The translations under genes were made by a program, and so were the position numbers. A model generated the notes under the pieces. It was not told the origin of the DNA, did no database searches, and saw only the letters and a list, made by a program, of their open reading frames with translations. Below, in pieces: positions 59,121 to 64,000 of a stretch of DNA of 64,000 nucleotides. Every line of letters starts with the position of its first letter. Position 1 is the first letter of the stretch. This stretch comes from Fistulifera solaris (Eukaryota). The DNA lies in contig AP026128.1 of assembly GCA_030295235.1 (NCBI GenBank), positions 124,001 to 188,000 on the forward strand. Reading direction: 5' to 3'.

Positions 59121-62100
59121 TAGTCAGCGAGCGCGACCGCTCTTGATAAAGAAAAGTCAGCGAGCGCGACCGCTCTCAATTGTCAATAAAGAAAAACCAG
59201 CCTACGTGACCCTGATGCAGCGAGCGCGACCTTCCAATAAAGAAAAACCCAGCCTACGTGACCTTCCACCGATCAAGGCTTTCGCCGAAAACTACTTCGT
59301 GTAAATAATCAAAACCCAATCTACACAATTTCAGTTTCAAACTAGACTTGGTTGATTAATATCACACATTACTCTATACGTGTCATTCAGCCAATTGAAA
59401 CATAACATCAAATACAAAAGGTCGGAGATCATCTCCGACTCCAATCTCCGAAATAGAGTCAAGGAACCATGTCCTCTCATTGAGGGCACGTCGACCATGT
59501 TTCAGAATTGTCGCCGCATAAAAACATACATATGGTCCGCAACTATGGCCATCATGTTGCAATAGTTTATTGGGAAGACGCATTTCTTGGTATTCCCACG
59601 GAGCGAAATCGGGTAATGTTGATTCCTGCTGCTCGCTTGTTGACGCTACATTCTAATTGCTGCCTCACCGCACGCGAATTTAAATAAACCTGAAAGCCAG
59701 ACAGCATTAGAGTAGTGATCGTCCGGATCTTCGAGGGAGTCGAGCTTGAATAAATAACTCGATTATCGGCATCAACCACCATCAACCACCAGTGCCTCTC
59801 CTTGCACATAGGGAATAAATGAATGCCCAAATTGTTCGATTTTGTCATAGAATTCAATGCCACAAACGCTGAACTAAGCTGCAGTCTACCCTCTCTCTTA
59901 ATATTTTGGTTGGCGGAATCCCACAGATTACTCATGACATACGACGGGTGTGCAATAACTCCCTCATCCGTTACGGTCTTGCTTGTTATGCTTTCAAGGA
60001 AACTGTTCACAATCGCGTCATTGAAATAACATTGCGAGTTCATAATTTCAAGGCATTCACTGGTTATGGATGCCGTGGCACCACTTAGCACCTTGATATG
60101 ATGCTTCTTTCCCTCTTCAGGTCGTGACGACTCAGCGACCTTTATCAACGCCCCCTTTGCACTGGATTGCAAAAAGGAGTGACCGAAGAGATCCCCTGGC
60201 ATCTTCTTTGTTGTAAATCAGATCGTTTCCATTCTTTCTTGTCCCTACAGTGATAAATGATTCTATTCCACTTCTTTCCTTTTGCTGTCTCTGCAAGAGT
60301 ATTCCGCGACGTGGATTGCAATATTGTTCTCACTCACAAGTCCTCGCTGGTTTGCGCCCTTGCGTTTTCGGGTTGAAGCCCTTCTTTTCATCGTTAAATC
60401 ATTTGTTTCCGCTTTCCGTGAAATGATTCTGGAATATCAAACTCGTGTTCTTGAACCAAACAATTTAATTGCTCAATGGTTCCCACAAATGGATAAGCTG
60501 TGTCGTAAAAATAGGATACGATCTTTGATGGTTCATCAGTAATGACTGGGGGTTGCAAAGGGGCTACTCCAATTTGCCTTACTTGTTGTCGACGTAATGA
60601 AAATTGATTTTCATTTCTGGGATCTACAATCTTACCGCCTCAGGTCGAAGGGTGTTCTCAAGAATTGTGATGAGGTCCCACTAGTGGCAGTAGCGGGACT
60701 TGTTATAGCTCTACGAAGTTCTTCTGGTTTTCGGAATACCCACTGAAAATGAACTTGAGAGCGCTTCATTTTGTGCCAAGTTCTTTCTTCGCAGATCTAG
60801 CGGCATTTTCAGGAAATGCGAATTTAATCGTCACTGAGATTACCGGATTTGGCGGGACTTGCATTCTTCTTTTGGATGTCTAATCGCCTTTTAAATACAT
60901 GTGATGAATCGTCACTAGCAGACGTGGCGGGACTTGCATTAGTGGGTTCTGTCTTCGGTATCTTTATAATCATATCTTCAGGAATCGTGATACTTCGGTT
61001 GTTGGACTGTTTCGAATGAGATCTTGGCAGTGCTCTCAGATTACCCCTCTTCATAGTTGGCATCTCAACTATGGAAGAAACTGCTGTGGCGGGACTTCCT
61101 GCTTTTGCTTCTGCAATCGGTGGCGGTTTCAACTTCTTTTTACGGGCATGAGTCGGGCCTTTGGCTCTGGAATTTGCTGTCAGTTTCGATCTTTTCCTTT
61201 TTTGTGTTGTATTCTCATTCATTGAAGACTCGATAGTCAAGGCATGAGCTCTGATATCAGGTGGTGGCTTCAGATTTTGACTCTTCATGGTCGGCCTCTC
61301 AAAGATTGACGAATCAGTTGTGGCGGGACTTGTTCCTTCAGCTTTTTGATTTGGTGGCTGTTTCGGCCGCTTTCCTCTTTCTCGCCATTTTGACTAATGA
61401 AAAATCTGTTGTTGCTGGACTGGAAGCACAAGCTGTTGTGGTCGGCGGTGGTTTCAAATTCGGTCTGGATGCGGTCGCTGTCTTCAATATCGATGACTTT
61501 GGCGGTAGATGGACTTGCCTTCATGCTTTTTAAATTCGTTTACTTGTTTGGATCTCCTCTTTGTTCTAGTTGTTGGCATTTCATTTACTGAATATTCTGT
61601 TGTTGCGGGACTTGAGGCAAAAGCATTATGTGCGGTGCTTGGTTCCACATCTTCATCCTCTAGAATTGTCGACAGATGACCCGAGTGTGCACTGTTCAGA
61701 CGGGAATCGTCATGGATGCCTACCTCGACATCATCAACCATGGTCAATTCTTGTTCGTGACTTCTTCTTTCCGTGTAATCCTTGTCACGAATAATTACTA
61801 CAATATCTCGGTTACTACCTGACGGAGCAAGGTCCATATCCAGAAGATAGTTATTTTCGTTGTCGTCTTCAGCGTGAATTTCTGCAGCGTCTTCTCCAGT
61901 AAGCTTTAAAATCCGTGACTGGACAATGGCATTGGCTGCATCAGAGTCTTCTACTAAGCCAATCTTGTCAATATTGTGAAGGCCATGTCCTCCGGAGGTA
62001 TCATCGTTGTCCAAATCTTCAGAAGTAATTCCTGCATCCATGTCAATGACGCATGTTGGGAAATGGTTGACCAGAATTGCGCCAGTTTCAAGTAATGCAG

Positions 62101-64000
62101 GATCCATGTACCTTCGATCATCTTTGAGGTAGTCCAGACACTGTCGAATTGTGTGATTCGGTGATCTGCAGTGAAAGCAGTGCCGAGGTAAGGGCTTGCC
62201 GTCTCTACGCTTAAGGCCCAAGAGTTGATTCTAGCTGTTGCATGTGTTCCGCCTTTGGTTTGGTCCCAAAATCAAACAGACCATCGGGCGGCAATCGCTT
62301 CTGCTATTGCATCGTTATTTCGACTGAGCTTGTTCTTTGAACTTGGCTCATACTCCTTTGTCATTCGTGCTGATTCCAGCGCCGATTGCTTCTTTTTTCT
62401 TTGACTTACGTGGTCCCGGTTCACCATTACTGATTATTCTGTTCCCGAGTTAAGCTTGTCAGTGTAAGTTGGTGATGGATAAATGTTTTCTGATTGATAA
62501 GCAAGCTTGATATCCCCAAATCCCGGGACGTCAAGTCAGCGGATAGTTGTTAAGAAACTCTGTAAGGAAGCCGGCGATCACCACTTGTCGGAACTTTTCC
62601 AAACTCTTCAGAGAATTCGCGAAAACACAGAGGGTGGGATTGAGGGCCAAGTTGAGGATCTTGTAATGCGAAACAAGGTTGATGTGGCCGCAGTAGATTT
62701 CCCGCATCGCTGTTCTACTGCAGGAGCAGTACAGGGACGGAGTGCTCGTGGGTTCATAAGTAACATACTCCGTCTTCTTGTGCTTTTCAGCTGCATAATT
62801 TGAATTTCAAACTGCCATCGGGCATCCTTCAGCATCCTCTATTACAAAATCTAGATCTTCATTGCCTGTATCTTGCAAGCTTCGAAAGTATATGGTGAGG
62901 AACCTAGCAGATTTGGTTGTTATTTCATCTCGAAATTGTCGAAGAGATTCGGCAGCCGCCATCAAAAAGTTAGAAATGGCTAGTGGAGGGGTATTAGTCC
63001 TCACTTCATGATGTAGAAGCCACTGCTGGGCCGATTCGACATGATTTGTTGAACAGAAACCATATAAAGGGAACTTGTTTCCAACTGGCACGCGTGATCG
63101 TTGAGCAACCACCTCCATTCGCCGACGTCTCCACTTATCTCTGTGAAGCCATTCACTTCAGCTAGATAGGTAAAATATAGGGGCTCCCACATAGATTCAT
63201 GTTGACTCGGTGTATTTCCAAACACAGTCCAATGAGTAGGATGAATTGTCCCAAGAACATAGATAACAATTCGGCGCACCGGTACTAAGAGTTTCGTTTT
63301 CTTCAATTTGTGGAAGCGCTTTGACAAGCTTCTTCGCAGCATCCAAGAAGGCGTTAACATCTGGAGCGCTTTGCATCTCGCTGGCATAAACCAAGCGACC
63401 GCTCTGCCCTCTCAGCGATCGTTGATTGATATTGAATAGATGGTAAATGTTTGAAGAATATGAATCAAGCAATACTTCACGGAAACAACCAGTCCATAAT
63501 GTTCTGCCAACGCTCGGACAGCGGCGAGAATGTGTCCTCGGTCAGTGAATACTGGAAACTCTTCGAAATTGAACCCAGCTTGATACATCATGAGAAGGAT
63601 ATATATCATCCCTTGCTTGTTTTCCGAGGGAATCAACCCAAAACCAAGTGGAATGTTACTTCCATTTCCATCGACCCCTATGATCGGGACTCCAATTCCA
63701 TCGTGTTCGGGTATACGGATGTGTGTTCCGTCTAAAAGATTGCAGGAATGCAGGCATTTCTAAAGAAGTGCGCGGCATTCTCAATGAACACAGTTGACCG
63801 AAAAAAGCATGAGTTCTGGTCAGTTTCTAAATTGACGGAGGCATTTGGATTTAGCTCGACATATTTCCGAAGATACTGGGCCAACAGCTCATTGTACATC
63901 AACAAATCCTTTCGGTAGACCTCACGGAAGTGTTTCTTGAGATTTGAATGCATTGTCGGGCCAACTTCGATGTCGAAACCCTCTTTCCTGAGGACGGCGT
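59121..64000 (-). mobile_element. Mutator-like (MULE) DNA transposon: DDE transposase, SWIM and CCHC zinc fingers, Ulp1/C48 protease; extends beyond the window
   Basis: LDGTH...IIGVDGNGSNIPLGFGLIPSEN...FTDRG...KYCLIHI (63430-63735). SWIM YCSCSR....IYCGHI (about 62680-62730). CFHCRSPNHTIRQC (about 62140-62185). Ulp1 YFNDAIVN, ERHWWLMVVD, LDSL, QHDGHSCGPYV (59383-60060). Left boundary approximate. Confidence 0.85.
59125..59263. repeat. Interspersed direct repeats downstream of the MULE ORF (possible subterminal repeats)
   Basis: CAGCGAGCGCGACC at 59125, 59158 and 59218. AATAAAGAAAAAC(C)CAGCCTACGTGACC at 59185 and 59236. Confidence 0.8.

Noticed and set aside
59125..59263. CRISPR-like array
   Set aside because: There are two alternating repeat types with irregular short gaps, no unique spacers of constant length, no cas genes, and the context is eukaryotic.

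Overview
This is gene-dense eukaryotic nuclear DNA, most likely from a raphid pennate diatom. That is an inference from short GT-AG introns, a bipartite plastid-targeting 'VHS|F' leader, DUF285 and DUF6824 families and PTxxP repeats. About 30 protein-coding loci are recognisable: a TLC-domain protein, FKBP, AAA ATPase, PDZ protein, DUF924-TilS fusion, RLP24, three tandem M43 metalloproteases, a CBM6/GH5 protein, an FZL-like dynamin, IGHMBP2, an MFS transporter, a Pkr1-like protein, two PRORPs, prefoldin 2, DUF285, PhyH-DUF6824-Tudor, a DNMT3-like methyltransferase, PP2C, AspRS and SAC3/GANP. Many genes, including essential ones, carry single-base indels in homopolymer runs. These are best read as assembly errors, so the coordinates span reconstructed genes. 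Mobile DNA comprises a 171-bp non-autonomous Helitron that appears to have captured the 5' part of a DDX56/DBP9 gene, a 5'-truncated RLE-type (CRE-like) non-LTR retrotransposon, an inverted-repeat element between two proteases, and a Mutator-like transposon carrying a Ulp1-type protease that runs off the right edge. The main highlights are the Helitron gene capture, a secreted bacterial-type GH5 lacking both catalytic glutamates but keeping three CBM6 modules, the Ulp1-carrying MULE, and a tail-to-tail PRORP pair with different targeting leaders. I found no tRNA, rRNA or CRISPR array. All family calls come from motif recognition by eye; no searches were run.
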